From NCBI GenBank assembly GCA_963836955.1, contig CAWILO010000004.1, positions 152,916-216,915 on the forward strand: DNA of 64,000 nucleotides, read 5' to 3'. The position numbers were made by a program, and so were the translations under genes. Below, in pieces: positions 1 to 10,282 of the stretch. The stretch is from an uncultured delta proteobacterium. GTDB taxonomy: Bacteria > Desulfobacterota > Binatia > Binatales > Binataceae. Each line of letters opens with the position of its first letter. Position 1 is the first letter of the stretch. Below the pieces are notes generated by a model. The model saw nothing but the letters and a program-made list of their open reading frames with translations, had not been told where the DNA came from and searched no databases.

Positions 1-758
1 ATGAACCCGTCGCTGGTCGGGAACGCGCCCCACACTCCGCGTAGAAACTGATGCCCGCGGCCGGCGCGCTCGGGCTCGACGCCGGTGATAGACGTGTAAT
101 TGATCTCCATCCCCTGCATCGCGATCATCGTGCCGTAGATCGACGCGTCGACTTTCTGCCCCTTGCCGGTGCGCTCGCGCGCGAACAGCGCCGCCAGCAC
201 TCCACTGGCCAGGCTGAGCGCTCCCGAATGATCGGCGATGAACATCCCTGCGGCCAGCGGCGGATCGGCCGGCATGCCCGTCTTTGCCATCACGCCGCTT
301 GCCGCTTGCGCCAGAGTGTCGCGGCTGGGACGCGTCACCCACGGCCCCTTCGGCCCCCACGAACTGCCCTGCGCGTACACGATCCGCGGATTTATTTTGC
401 GCACCTCGTCGTAGCCAAGTCCGAGCCGGTCCAGCACGCCGGGCCGATAATTGGTGACGAGCACGTCGTACGATTTCACCATCCGGCGCACCATTTCGAT
501 CGCGTCGGGCTTCTTCAAATCGGCAGTGATGCTCCGTTTACCGCGATTCATCGCAATAAAGTAATGCGACACCGTCGCGTTCTTGACGTCCGGCCCGCCA
601 ATCAGCGCGGTCAACATCCAGCGGCTCAAGTCGCCGGTCTCCTTGTTCTCGACCTTGACGACGTCGGCTCCCATGTCGGCCAAAATCAGCGACGCGAATG
701 GCCCCTGGATTTCCTGCGCGATCTCGACGACCTTGATTCCTTCGAGCGGCTTGCTCAT
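1..758 (-). CDS. CaiB/BaiF family (class III) CoA-transferase, 3' part outside window
   Basis: Manual minus-strand translation from ATG at 758: MSKPLEGIKVVEIAQEIQGPFASLILADMGADVVKVE..., typical CaiB/BaiF N-terminus; runs off the window edge so is absent from the ORF track. Confidence 0.88.
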   Translation of the reverse strand, partial: MSKPLEGIKVVEIAQEIQGPFASLILADMGADVVKVENKETGDLSRWMLTALIGGPDVKNATVSHYFIAMNRGKRSITADLKKPDAIEMVRRMVKSYDVLVTNYRPGVLDRLGLGYDEVRKINPRIVYAQGSSWGPKGPWVTRPSRDTLAQAASGVMAKTGMPADPPLAAGMFIADHSGALSLASGVLAALFARERTGKGQKVDASIYGTMIAMQGMEINYTSITGVEPERAGRGHQFLRGVWGAFPTSDGF

Positions 759-895
759 CGTGGTTTCCCCTAAACGGTCGTTCAGGAACTCGGATGCGCG
801 GGCATTATCCCGCCGTTCGCCGCAAAATCTCAAGCGTCGATGCCCGCGCGTTTCGCCATTGGCCGGCGTCCGCGACGCTTGTACGCTCATCGGCG

Positions 896-1684
896 ATGGA
901 ACCGAGCATCTACAAATACCCCGACGTCTTTCGTCGCGCGCACATGGAGCGCCCCGGCGAAATTGCGGCCGAGGTGGTGTTTCTGCAACAGGTCTGGAAG
1001 CGCCATCGCAAGAGTCCGACGCGCCGCATCCTCGACATCGCATGCGGCGACTCGCCTCACGGCCGTTTGTTGGTGGGCAACGACAATGGATTCGAGGTCG
1101 TGGGAATCGATCGTTCGCGCACAATGATCGCGGCGGGCCGCCGCAAGACGGGCGGACTCGCGAATCTTCGCTTCTACCGGCGGCCCATCGAAAAGTTCAC
1201 ACTCCCCGAGCCGAGCTTCGACGCCGCAATCTTCATGTCGGAAACATTTCCGGTGATCGTCGAGAACGCCGAACTGCTCTCGCATCTCAAATCTGTCGGG
1301 CGCGCGCTCAAGCGCGGCGGCTTGTACTGCGTCGATATCGACCGTCAGGATCCGATTCCTCGCGTGGCGAATCGAACGATTTGGCGGGAGCGCGAGGCGC
1401 GCGCGGCCGGCGTCGCGCTCGACATCCGCGAGTTCCATCGTCCGGTCGCATGGCACTCGCCGCTGCATTCGATCTACGAACTCGAATGCACTATCAATTT
1501 CCCCGACGGCGCAGTCACGACTCGCGATTTGATCCCAGTGCGCTACACGATTCCCTCGACCTTGGAACTTGCGGCGCTCGCGTCAGGGATGTTCAAAATG
1601 GTCGCCGCCTACAGCGACCTCTCGTTCACCAAGCCGCTCGACAAATGCCGCTACCGCTGGACCGGAGTGCTGCGCCGCGTGTGA
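896..1684 (+). CDS. Class I SAM-dependent methyltransferase
   Basis: ILDIACGD and VVGIDRS motifs I/II; likely start MEPSIYKY at 896 (ORF open from 794). Confidence 0.8.
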   Translation: MEPSIYKYPDVFRRAHMERPGEIAAEVVFLQQVWKRHRKSPTRRILDIACGDSPHGRLLVGNDNGFEVVGIDRSRTMIAAGRRKTGGLANLRFYRRPIEKFTLPEPSFDAAIFMSETFPVIVENAELLSHLKSVGRALKRGGLYCVDIDRQDPIPRVANRTIWREREARAAGVALDIREFHRPVAWHSPLHSIYELECTINFPDGAVTTRDLIPVRYTIPSTLELAALASGMFKMVAAYSDLSFTKPLDKCRYRWTGVLRRV

Positions 1685-1686
1685 GT

Positions 1687-2316
1687 TCAGGAATTCAGGT
1701 GATCGATCAGATCGAGCGCTTCGGCGTGCCAGCCGCCATCGAAGCGCAGAATCTGGATTGATCCCAGCTCGACGATCGGCTCCTCATGCGTGAGCTTTCG
1801 CACGATGGCGCGAATCACGCCGCGATGCGCAACCAGAACCGCGTCGTCGTCGCTCGGCGTCCACAGCGCAAGCGTGCGTTCCAGGCCGCGCTCGACGCGA
1901 TCGGCGAAGGCGGCGCGGCTCTCACCCGCCGGATAGGTGTAGCTCGGCGCGAGTCGATCGGCGTTCCATCGCGCGAACTCGTCGGGATAGCGCTCGCGAA
2001 TCTCATCCGCGGTGAGGCCTTCGAACAATCCGAAATGAACTTCGGCGAATTCGTCTATCGTGACGAGCGGCGCTGAGTCGCCCGCGACAATTCGCGCGCC
2101 TTCGGACGCACGAACGAGCGGACTCGAAAAAGCTCGCGCGAAACTCTTGTCTCCGCGGTGCGTCTCGATCGCGCCGCGCGCCAGGCGCATCTGCGAGCGT
2201 CCCGAATCCGACAGCGCCACGTCGGTTCGGCCATGATACCGGATGCTCGACTCGCCCTCGGTCTCGCCATGCCGAACCAGGAACAATCGCGACCCGTTGC
2301 GTTGCGGCGCGGTCAT
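1687..2316 (-). CDS. Histidine phosphatase (phosphoglycerate mutase family)
   Basis: LVRHGET, SSPLVRA, EVHFGLFEGL, GES, VAHRGVI motifs. Confidence 0.9.
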   Translation of the reverse strand: MTAPQRNGSRLFLVRHGETEGESSIRYHGRTDVALSDSGRSQMRLARGAIETHRGDKSFARAFSSPLVRASEGARIVAGDSAPLVTIDEFAEVHFGLFEGLTADEIRERYPDEFARWNADRLAPSYTYPAGESRAAFADRVERGLERTLALWTPSDDDAVLVAHRGVIRAIVRKLTHEEPIVELGSIQILRFDGGWHAEALDLIDHLNS

Positions 2317-3609
2317 CTAATCGTCGAACAGCGGATTCATGACGAGGCCGGTCAGCAGCTTGGGATGAAAGTAAGTCGATTTCTCGGGCATTGTCGCGCC
2401 CGCGTCGCTCACGCGCTCGACATCCTGAATCGACGGCGGATTCATCAGGAAGGCACCATCGGCGCGTCCCTGCGCAACGGCGCCGAGCGCACCGCCGATC
2501 TCGATCGTGTATTCGATATTTCCGCCTTTGCGAATTTCATCTGCGCTCAACCCGAAAATTCGATCGAATACCAGCGCGTGCAGAACCGACACGTCCAGCC
2601 GCCGAACCTCTGACGGCGCGTCGGGCATCGCAGTCTTCATTGCAGTACGGCTGCGCAGCTTCAATATCAGATAGTTGGGACTTCCCTTGAGCGTCACGCC
2701 GATTGCGCCAGTGCCCGAGCTGTTCAGGCGCGCGCGAAATTCGTCGCGATGCGAGATTTCCTCGACGTTGAACACCTCGCGCGCGCGATCCGTGAACGTC
2801 GCGATCGCGCTCGCGGGCAGCGACTTCACCACCCGATGTGTCGGCAATATCACCAGTCCCGGATCGTCGCACGCCACCAGCGTCATCATCGTGTAGTCGT
2901 AGGGCTCTGGCTCGCTCGACGCGTTTTCGTGGCGGCGCGCTCGTCGATAGTTGAGCGCGGTTTCGTAGCGATGATGTCCGTCGGCAATCAGGATGCGCGG
3001 CGATTCCAGCTCGCGCCGAACGATCGCGATTTCGTCGGCAGCCTCGATTGTCCGCAGTTCGTTGCGGATTCCGAGATCATCAACGAGATCGATCAACGGC
3101 TCGCGCGCAGCGACCTTCTCGCGCAATCGCTCGAGCTCAGGATGCGCACCCGAGTACAGCCCGAAGATCGAGCTCGTATTCACCTGCAGCGCGGTAAGCA
3201 GGCGCAGGCGGTCCTCCTTCGCGGCGGGAAAAGTTTTCTCGTGCGGCACGATGCGGCCGCGATCGAATTCCTCGAGCCGGACTCGCGCGATAAATCCCGT
3301 GCGATGCAGCAGGCGTCCTTCGACGTCGAAGGTTTGCGTGTACTGAAAAATCGCAGGACGTTCCGACCGCTCGACGACGCCCGCCGCGAGCCATTCCGCG
3401 AGCGTTTTTTCCGCCGCGCTGTAGCGATCCGACTCGCGCGCGAGCTCGAGCCTCACGACGTTGTATGGACTCCGCTCGTACAATTGATTCTGACGCGCGG
3501 CCCCGATCAAATCGTAAGGGGGCGCTACCACTTGCGACGGTTCGCCGGCAATTTTGCGGCTGTACATCAGCGCGCGAAATGGCTCGATCCGTTTAGTGAG
3601 CCCGCTCAT
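2317..3609 (-). CDS. DUF1015 family protein
   Basis: IEPFRAL, APPYD, PHEKT, IADGHHRYETA, MPEKSTYFHPK motifs; start MSGLTKR overlaps tsaC stop. Confidence 0.85.
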   Translation of the reverse strand: MSGLTKRIEPFRALMYSRKIAGEPSQVVAPPYDLIGAARQNQLYERSPYNVVRLELARESDRYSAAEKTLAEWLAAGVVERSERPAIFQYTQTFDVEGRLLHRTGFIARVRLEEFDRGRIVPHEKTFPAAKEDRLRLLTALQVNTSSIFGLYSGAHPELERLREKVAAREPLIDLVDDLGIRNELRTIEAADEIAIVRRELESPRILIADGHHRYETALNYRRARRHENASSEPEPYDYTMMTLVACDDPGLVILPTHRVVKSLPASAIATFTDRAREVFNVEEISHRDEFRARLNSSGTGAIGVTLKGSPNYLILKLRSRTAMKTAMPDAPSEVRRLDVSVLHALVFDRIFGLSADEIRKGGNIEYTIEIGGALGAVAQGRADGAFLMNPPSIQDVERVSDAGATMPEKSTYFHPKLLTGLVMNPLFDD

Positions 3610-4211
3610 TTCAATGCGTCTCCCGCCAGCGCCGCCGCGATCTGATCTTCTGAAATCGCTCCCAGTCTCACTATTTTCCACCCGCTTCCGCCGACTGCGA
3701 CGACCGTGCTCGGCGCCGATGCGGCCAATTTTCCACCTTCAAGGTAAACTTTAACTTTTTCGCCCAGCGCCGCGCGCGCCTGTTCAACCGTACTTGCTGG
3801 CGCCGCTCCGCTCAGGTTCGCGCTGGTCGCGGTGATCGGTCTGCCGATTCCCGCGCTGAGCGCGCGTGCGACGGGATTCGGCGACACCCGAACGCCGACA
3901 CCGTCGGGTCCAGCCAACTCGGGTGCGATGTCGTCGCGCGCCGGCAAAACGATCGTCAGCGGTCCGGGCCAGAACGCGTCGGCGAGACGACGAGCGTCGA
4001 TCGGTATTTCGCGCGCGACCGAAAACGCCATCGCGGCGTCCGCCGCGATCAAGCCGACCGGTCGCTCCGGCTCTCGCTTCTTCACTCGAAACAGGCGCCG
4101 GAGTGCCACAGCTGAAAACGCGTCGGCGCCGATCGCATAGAACGTCTCCGTCGGATAAACGACCAACTCGCCGGCTTTCAGCGCCGATATTCCGTCTTCG
4201 AGGCGAAACAT
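3606..4211 (-). CDS. tsaC: L-threonylcarbamoyladenylate synthase (YrdC/Sua5)
   Basis: VVYPTETFYAIG, FWPGPLT, ITATSANLSG, PSTVV. Confidence 0.92.
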   Translation of the reverse strand: MFRLEDGISALKAGELVVYPTETFYAIGADAFSAVALRRLFRVKKREPERPVGLIAADAAMAFSVAREIPIDARRLADAFWPGPLTIVLPARDDIAPELAGPDGVGVRVSPNPVARALSAGIGRPITATSANLSGAAPASTVEQARAALGEKVKVYLEGGKLAASAPSTVVAVGGSGWKIVRLGAISEDQIAAALAGDALK

Positions 4212-4224
4212 TGCGACTCCCGCG

Positions 4225-5532
4225 CTATCCGAGTGCGCGCCGTGCGATGTCGCGCCGGAACTGACGACCTTCGAACTCGATCATCTCCGCCGCTTGATAA
4301 GCCGCATCGACCGCCGTAGCGAGCTCCGGCGCCATCGATGTCACAGTCAGCACGCGGCCGCCGTCGGTCACCAGCTGTCCGTCGCGCATCGCGGTGCCCG
4401 CATGAAAAACTTTCACGCGAATCTTGCCCATCGCCCATTTGATCTTGATGTCCGACGGGACGTTGCCTTCGAGCCGGTCCAGCCCGCGGATCGCAATTCC
4501 TTTTTTGTACTCGCCGGGATAGCCACCCGACGCAAGCACGACCGCGACCGCGCTGCGCGCCGAGAGCCTGACGGCAGCATCCGCAACCTTGCCTTCGGCG
4601 GCGGCGAGCAGGTTCTCGGCGAGGTCGCTGTCGAGGCGCATCATCAGCGCCTCGCATTCAGGATCACCGAAGCGGACGTTGAACTCGAGCACGTTGATTC
4701 GTTCGCCGTCGATCATCAATCCCACGAACAGCAGCCCGCGAAACGGAATCCCACGCGCGTTCATCGCCGCCAGCGTAGGAGCGACCACCTCGCGCATCAC
4801 TCGCGCTTCGAGCTCGGGCCCGAATTGCGGCACCGGCGAATACGCGCCCATCCCGCCGGTGTTGGGGCCGCGATCGCCGTCGAAGATCGCCTTGTGATCC
4901 TGGAAGGTGCCGAGCGGGATCGCGTTTTCGCCGTCGCACAGCGCGAAGAATGAGACTTCCCAGCCGGTCAGGAATTCCTCGACGATCACGCGATTGCCTG
5001 CCGCTCCAAAGCGCTTGCGTTCCATCGCGTCCGCGACTGTTTCCAGAGCCGTCTTCGCGTCGTGGCAGATCACGACGCCTTTTCCAAGCGCGAGTCCGTC
5101 CGCCTTAACGACCATCGATCCCTTGCGCGATTTCACGTAGCGCATCGCGGAGGCCGCGTCGTCGAATGCCTCGAAGTCGGCGGTTGGCACGCCGCCCTCG
5201 CGCATGATTGCCTTCGCGAACGACTTGCTGGTTTCGAGTTGGGCAGCGGCCGCGGTAGGCCCGAAGATTTTCAGCCCGGCGCGTGTGAAATGATCGACGA
5301 TTCCGGTGGCAAGTATGTCCTCGGGACCGACGATCGTGAGATCGACGGACTTTGATTTCGCGAACTCAGCCAGCGCCGCGGTATCGGTTGGCGCGATCGG
5401 TACGGGCTCCGCGATCTGATCGATTCCCGGGTTTCCGCTCGCGCAGAAAATCTTCCACACGGTCTCGCTCTGATGGAGCCGCCAGACCAGCGCGTGCTCG
5501 CGGCCGCCCGTGCCTATGACAAGTACTTTCAT
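4225..5532 (-). CDS. purD: Phosphoribosylamine--glycine ligase
   Basis: MKVLVIGTGGREHAL, KADGLALGKGV, GPNTGGMGAYSP, EFNVRFGDPE, VFHAGT. Confidence 0.97.
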   Translation of the reverse strand: MKVLVIGTGGREHALVWRLHQSETVWKIFCASGNPGIDQIAEPVPIAPTDTAALAEFAKSKSVDLTIVGPEDILATGIVDHFTRAGLKIFGPTAAAAQLETSKSFAKAIMREGGVPTADFEAFDDAASAMRYVKSRKGSMVVKADGLALGKGVVICHDAKTALETVADAMERKRFGAAGNRVIVEEFLTGWEVSFFALCDGENAIPLGTFQDHKAIFDGDRGPNTGGMGAYSPVPQFGPELEARVMREVVAPTLAAMNARGIPFRGLLFVGLMIDGERINVLEFNVRFGDPECEALMMRLDSDLAENLLAAAEGKVADAAVRLSARSAVAVVLASGGYPGEYKKGIAIRGLDRLEGNVPSDIKIKWAMGKIRVKVFHAGTAMRDGQLVTDGGRVLTVTSMAPELATAVDAAYQAAEMIEFEGRQFRRDIARRALG

Positions 5533-5544
5533 CGGGCGACGCGC

Positions 5545-7119
5545 CTAATGCCTGAAATGGCGCACCCCCGTGAAGACCATCGCGAGCCCATACTTGTCGG
5601 CGGCGGCGATCACTTCGTCGTCGCGCACGGCGCCGCCGGGTTGCGCGATTGCTGTCGAGCCCGCCTCGGCCGCAAGCGTAGGACCGTCGGGAAATGGAAA
5701 CAACGCTTCGGACACGAGCACCGAACCCTCGAGCGAAACCTTGAGCCGGGCCGCTTTCTCGCGCGCTGCGTATACAGGATCGATCCGCGACGTCGCGCCG
5801 CCACCAACAGCGAGCGTGCGATCTTCGGCGACGAATGCGATCGCGTTGGACTTGATATGCTTGCAGACTTTGATCCCAAAGGTCATCGCGCGCAGTTCGG
5901 CGTCGGTGGGCTGCCGCTGAGTCACGACTTTTCCTTTGCGCGGATCTTCGATTGCCAGGTCGGGTGTCTGCACCAGTAATCCGCCGAGCACTTTCTTGAC
6001 GTCGAGTTCGTTGCGATCCACCGCCTTGGAATTGAAAGTCATCACGCGCCGATTTTTCTTCTTGCGCAGGAACGCAATCACGTCGTCCGGATACGCGGGA
6101 CCGATCAGCACCTCGGTGAATAGTTCATCGACCGCGCGCGCGAACGCCATATCCCACGGCCGGTTCGCGATTATGATACCGCCGAATGGCGAGTCGGGAT
6201 CGGTTGCGAACGCCTTGTCCCACGCGCCCTTGAGCGTATCCGCGACGCCTACGCCGCACGGCGTGTTGTGCTTCAGGATCGCCACCACCGCGCGGCGTTC
6301 GTCCTCGAACTCGAGCATCAGGTTCATCGCGGAGCTGATATCGACGACGTTGTTGAACGACAGCTCCTTGCCGTGAAGCTGATGCGCGATCTCGAGGAAG
6401 CGGCCGTACAGCGCGCCGGTCTGATGCGGATTTTCGCCGTAGCGCAGCGTCTGTTCTCGTCCGAGCGCAAGATTGAAGGTCTCACCGAGCGCGGATTCGT
6501 CGCCGTCTCCGGCGTGCGTGCCGAGGTAGTTCGAGATTGCCGCGTCATACGCAGTCACGCGTGCGAACGCCTTGCGCGCGAGACGCCATCGTGTGTCGGT
6601 GGTTAGAGCGCCCTGGTTTGCGTCGAGTTCCGCCGCGATCGCGTCGTAGTCCGCTGCGTCAACGACGACTGCGACGTCGCCATGATTTTTCGCCGCCGCG
6701 CGCACCATCGTGGGTCCGCCGATGTCGATATTTTCGATCGCTTCGTCGAGACTCACTCCTGACTTCGCAACGGTCTTTTCAAATGGATAAAAGTTCACGA
6801 CCACCAGGTCGATCGGCTCGATTCCATGCTCCTGCATCTGGCGCTGATGACTCGCGTCGCCGCGCCTGGCAAGGATTCCGCCGTGAATCTTTGGATGCAG
6901 CGTCTTCACGCGTCCGTCGAGCATCTCGGGCGAGCCGGTGAAGCTCTCGACCGACCTGACCTTGACGCCGGCCGCTTCCAGAGCCGCCATGGTGCCACCG
7001 GTCGACACGATCTCGACTCCGTGCCGTGCGAGCGCCTTGGCAAAATCCGCGACCCCCGCCTTGTCCGCGACGCCGATCAGCGCGCGCCTGATCGCGATCC
7101 TGTCGTTGCTCATCGCCAT
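5545..7119 (-). CDS. purH: Bifunctional AICAR transformylase/IMP cyclohydrolase
   Basis: STGGT, GRVKTLHPKIHGGIL, IDIGGPTMVRAAAKNH, LRYGENPHQ, QPGG, MVFTGVRHFRH. Confidence 0.97.
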   Translation of the reverse strand: MAMSNDRIAIRRALIGVADKAGVADFAKALARHGVEIVSTGGTMAALEAAGVKVRSVESFTGSPEMLDGRVKTLHPKIHGGILARRGDASHQRQMQEHGIEPIDLVVVNFYPFEKTVAKSGVSLDEAIENIDIGGPTMVRAAAKNHGDVAVVVDAADYDAIAAELDANQGALTTDTRWRLARKAFARVTAYDAAISNYLGTHAGDGDESALGETFNLALGREQTLRYGENPHQTGALYGRFLEIAHQLHGKELSFNNVVDISSAMNLMLEFEDERRAVVAILKHNTPCGVGVADTLKGAWDKAFATDPDSPFGGIIIANRPWDMAFARAVDELFTEVLIGPAYPDDVIAFLRKKKNRRVMTFNSKAVDRNELDVKKVLGGLLVQTPDLAIEDPRKGKVVTQRQPTDAELRAMTFGIKVCKHIKSNAIAFVAEDRTLAVGGGATSRIDPVYAAREKAARLKVSLEGSVLVSEALFPFPDGPTLAAEAGSTAIAQPGGAVRDDEVIAAADKYGLAMVFTGVRHFRH

Positions 7120-8247
7120 CTAGCTCCGAACCACTCGCGGCACTCGTTTGCCGACCGTGCAAAGCATCTCGTACGAAATTGTCTGCGCCAGCCGCGCGAC
7201 GTCGTTCACGCTGATCACCTCGCCGCCCGATTCACCCCACAAGGTTACCTCATCGCCGACCGATGCGCTCGCTACGTCGCTAAGGTCGATCGTCGTCAAG
7301 TCCATCGAGACAGCGCCGACCACCGGTGCACGCATGCCGCGCACGATCACTTCGCCGCCGTGTTGCAGCCCTCGCCGATAACCGTCGGCGTAGCCAACCG
7401 GCAGCACGCCAATCAGGCTTTCGCGCGGCGCCACGAACGTATGCCCATATCCAACGCCGCTTCCGGCCGGTGCGCGCTTGATTTGCATCAGCCGGGTCTT
7501 AAACGTCATCACCGGACACAGCTCGACACGCTCGCGCACGGCGGCCACCGGAGGGAGGCCGTAGATCGCAAGCCCCGGCCGCGCGAGGTTGAAGTGCGAA
7601 TCATACCGCAGTACGAGCGCGGCAGAATTTGCGACGTGAATGACCGAGGGCCGCATGCCGGCCGCCTTCATCGTCTCGATCGCATTGTTGAAAACACGGA
7701 GCTGCGTGTCGGTGATCGGGCTCTTCGGATCGCCCGCGTTCGCGAGCAGCGTGCAAACGCCCTCCAGCCGGACCGCCGATGCGTGACGGACCGCCTCGAT
7801 GACGTCGGGAATATCGGCAGGCATCACGCCAAGCCGCGTCGCGCCGCTGTCGATCTTGATGTGAATCGGAAAATCGGTGCGGTGCGCCGATGCGGCCGCG
7901 CGATCGAGCAATCCGATCATCGCGGCCTCGAACACGAACGGAGTCAAGTCGAGCGCGACGATCTCAGCTGCCTGCTCGGCGAAGAAACCGGCCTGCAAGT
8001 ATATTCGCGTACGAACGCCCGCTTCGCGCAGCTCGCGCGCCTCGTCGAGCGTGGCGACCCCGAAATGACGGCATCCTTCGTCGATCAACGTGCGCGCAAC
8101 CGTTACTGCGCCATGCCCATAGGCGTCGGCCTTGACCACCACCATCAGCTCGCCGTGCGACGCCACGGCCCGCAGCGCGCGGAAGTTCGAGCGCAGCGCG
8201 CCAAGATCGATCTCGGCGACAGTAGGGCGTTGCGTTTCAATTCCCAT
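7120..8247 (-). CDS. alr: Alanine racemase
   Basis: VVKADAYGHG PLP-lysine motif, HIKIDSG, GYADG, VGAVSMD, TISYE; start uncertain (8247 or 8265). Confidence 0.95.
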   Translation of the reverse strand: MGIETQRPTVAEIDLGALRSNFRALRAVASHGELMVVVKADAYGHGAVTVARTLIDEGCRHFGVATLDEARELREAGVRTRIYLQAGFFAEQAAEIVALDLTPFVFEAAMIGLLDRAAASAHRTDFPIHIKIDSGATRLGVMPADIPDVIEAVRHASAVRLEGVCTLLANAGDPKSPITDTQLRVFNNAIETMKAAGMRPSVIHVANSAALVLRYDSHFNLARPGLAIYGLPPVAAVRERVELCPVMTFKTRLMQIKRAPAGSGVGYGHTFVAPRESLIGVLPVGYADGYRRGLQHGGEVIVRGMRAPVVGAVSMDLTTIDLSDVASASVGDEVTLWGESGGEVISVNDVARLAQTISYEMLCTVGKRVPRVVRS

Positions 8248-8364
8248 CGAAGGCTGAATTTCCATCTTAGCGCGCGAGGACGCAAGCCGCAGGCTTTTCT
8301 CCCTGTGGATGAGCCGGCCCAGGCCACTCCCCTCAACTTTGCTAGAATGCAATTATCGTCCCAC

Positions 8365-9351
8365 ATGAACACTGCGATCGTGACGGGCGCCAACGCCGGT
8401 TTGGGCTTCGAGTGTGCCCGGGCGCTCGCGGACACTAACGACTGGCACGTGGTCATTGCCTGTCGGAGTCCGGAAAAAGGGCGCGAGGCGGTCAAGCGGC
8501 TCTTCGCGCAAACCTGGTACAAAGGCATCGAAGCGATGACGCTCGATCTCGCCTCGCTCGAGTCGGTGCGAAACTTCGCGCGCGACTACGCCGCCGAACG
8601 CCGGCCTCCCCTGCGAGCCATCGTATGCAATGCGGCGACGCAAATCGTGACCGGCAGAACCTACACGGCGGACGGCTTCGAAACCACTTTCGCAGTCAAC
8701 CATCTGGCGCATTTCCTGTTGGTCAACCTGATGCTCGCGCAGATGACGCCGCCCGCGCGCATCGTCGTCGTGAGCAGCGGTACCCACGATCCGAAACAGA
8801 CGACGGGGATGCCCCCGCCGGTGTACAAATCGGCGAGATTGCTCGCGCTGCCTGACGAAGATCCCCAACCGCTCGATGACCCGCGCGGGACCGCGGGCCG
8901 GCGCGCATACACGACCTCGAAGCTGTGCAACGTCTTGTTCACCTACGAACTCGACCGCAGGTTGCGCGCCGAAAGGAGCGTTGGTACGAGCGGACAGTCG
9001 ATTACCGTCAATGCATTCGATCCCGGCCTGATGCCGGGGACCGGGCTTGCGCGCGACTACGGCAGGCTCGCGAGATTTGCATGGCGCTTCGTGTTGCCGA
9101 TCCTTCGTCCGTTCGTGCCCAACGTGAACAGCGTCGCGCGTTCAGGCAGATCGCTCGCGAACATGGTGATCGAACCGAGATTCGAGCGCATCTCGGGGAA
9201 ATATTTCCAGGGCACGCGCGACATACCGTCGTCAAAGGATTCGTACGATCCCGTCATGGCGTCGGGCTTATGGGAGGCGAGCGCCGCGATGGTCAAGCTG
9301 ACGCCGTCGGAGACGATTCTGAAGCTCAGATCAGCTCCCTCGGCAGCATAA
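8365..9351 (+). CDS. SDR family oxidoreductase (protochlorophyllide-reductase/retinol-DH-like)
   Basis: IVTGANAGLG, VCNAA, NHLAHFLL, YTTSKLCN; C-terminal part of the artefactual 6826..9351 ORF. Confidence 0.85.
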   Translation: MNTAIVTGANAGLGFECARALADTNDWHVVIACRSPEKGREAVKRLFAQTWYKGIEAMTLDLASLESVRNFARDYAAERRPPLRAIVCNAATQIVTGRTYTADGFETTFAVNHLAHFLLVNLMLAQMTPPARIVVVSSGTHDPKQTTGMPPPVYKSARLLALPDEDPQPLDDPRGTAGRRAYTTSKLCNVLFTYELDRRLRAERSVGTSGQSITVNAFDPGLMPGTGLARDYGRLARFAWRFVLPILRPFVPNVNSVARSGRSLANMVIEPRFERISGKYFQGTRDIPSSKDSYDPVMASGLWEASAAMVKLTPSETILKLRSAPSAA

Positions 9352-9409
9352 TTGGTATCGCGGAATACATATCTAATAGTATTTCTCAGTTGATTATACT
9401 TAACTCGCA

Positions 9410-9440
9410 TTGACATTAGTAAATTACTAGCTCAAACTAT
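9410..9440 (+). promoter_or_regulatory. AT-rich promoter-like site with palindrome
   Basis: TTGACA at 9410 followed by inverted repeat TAGTAA-A-TTACTA (9417-9429) in an AT-rich intergenic stretch. Confidence 0.35.
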
Positions 9441-9571
9441 AGAAAGTCAGTATCGATATAAGAGTCGAGTCCCGACTTGATCCAGCCCGACAGTGGCCCT
9501 TCCGCTCGCCTTTGACCACGTTCTGCTAGACCAACGCCCTTAGTACGATCGCAAGGCTTGAGGAAGCCCGC

Positions 9572-10054
9572 ATGGCACCACCTCGCCAGACTTTTCGCAC
9601 CAATCGCGATCGCATCACGACAAATGCAAGCGATGATTCCAGGTTTGCGGGCGTCGACTGGATGCGAATGATCAATCGAACGCCGGATCTGTCCGCCGGT
9701 GCGGATAAATTGAGCCTTCTCGTCGGATTGACCGCGGGCCTCGCGTATTCCACCTTTGCGAGCTTTGTCGCCAACGCGCTCACTCCCGTCAGCGGCTACC
9801 TCCTCGAAACTGCACCGTTCAGCCGTGCGGTATCCGGCCGCTACCAGGAAGTCTTCAGTCTCGACGGCGCCATCCCGACCGTGGTCGGGTCGCTGATCGT
9901 CTTCGTCCTCGTTTGGTGGATGATGCGAGTGATACTCGACAGTTGGCAGCGCGAAGATTGGGGGCGCATCGGTGCATTGGACCGCAGCTTATCAGACGGA
10001 CCGTTGCTCGTACCTGTGATAGGAGAGCCGATTGCCTCGGTATTGAATAAATAA
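9572..10054 (+). CDS. Hypothetical membrane protein (2 predicted TM segments)
   Basis: 160-aa ORF with two hydrophobic stretches; no family recognised. Confidence 0.5.
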   Translation: MAPPRQTFRTNRDRITTNASDDSRFAGVDWMRMINRTPDLSAGADKLSLLVGLTAGLAYSTFASFVANALTPVSGYLLETAPFSRAVSGRYQEVFSLDGAIPTVVGSLIVFVLVWWMMRVILDSWQREDWGRIGALDRSLSDGPLLVPVIGEPIASVLNK

Positions 10055-10102
10055 ACTTGTCGCATCTCGAAATCTTCAGTTAACTAGTAGGAGTAATGAC
10101 TA

Positions 10103-10282
10103 ATGAATGGAACAACAGATAAAATTAAGGGGCGCGTCGAAGAAGCGGTTGGCGTATTGACTAATGATCGCAAGTTGAAAAATCGTGGGAAGATGGATCA
10201 GGCTGCCGGCAACGTCAAAGATGTTATCGGGAGCACAATCGACAAGGCGATTTCGGCTGTCAAAAAGAGCGACAAGCGGTAG
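10103..10282 (+). CDS. CsbD family stress protein (59 aa)
   Basis: Manual translation MNGTTDKIKGRVEEAVGVLTNDRKLKNRGKMDQAAGNVKDVIGSTIDKAISAVKKSDKR*, AGGAG RBS upstream; below the ORF-track cutoff. Confidence 0.88.
   Translation: MNGTTDKIKGRVEEAVGVLTNDRKLKNRGKMDQAAGNVKDVIGSTIDKAISAVKKSDKR

Noticed and set aside
51-1761. Plus-strand ORFs 51..773 and 583..1761, and the many similar Arg/Ala-rich overlapping ORFs across the window
   Set aside because: They are alternate-frame or antisense shadows typical of high-GC DNA and overlap well-supported genes.
6826-9351. 841-aa ORF as a fusion protein
   Set aside because: Its first ~510 aa are the antisense shadow of purH/alr; only the SDR from 8365 is credible.
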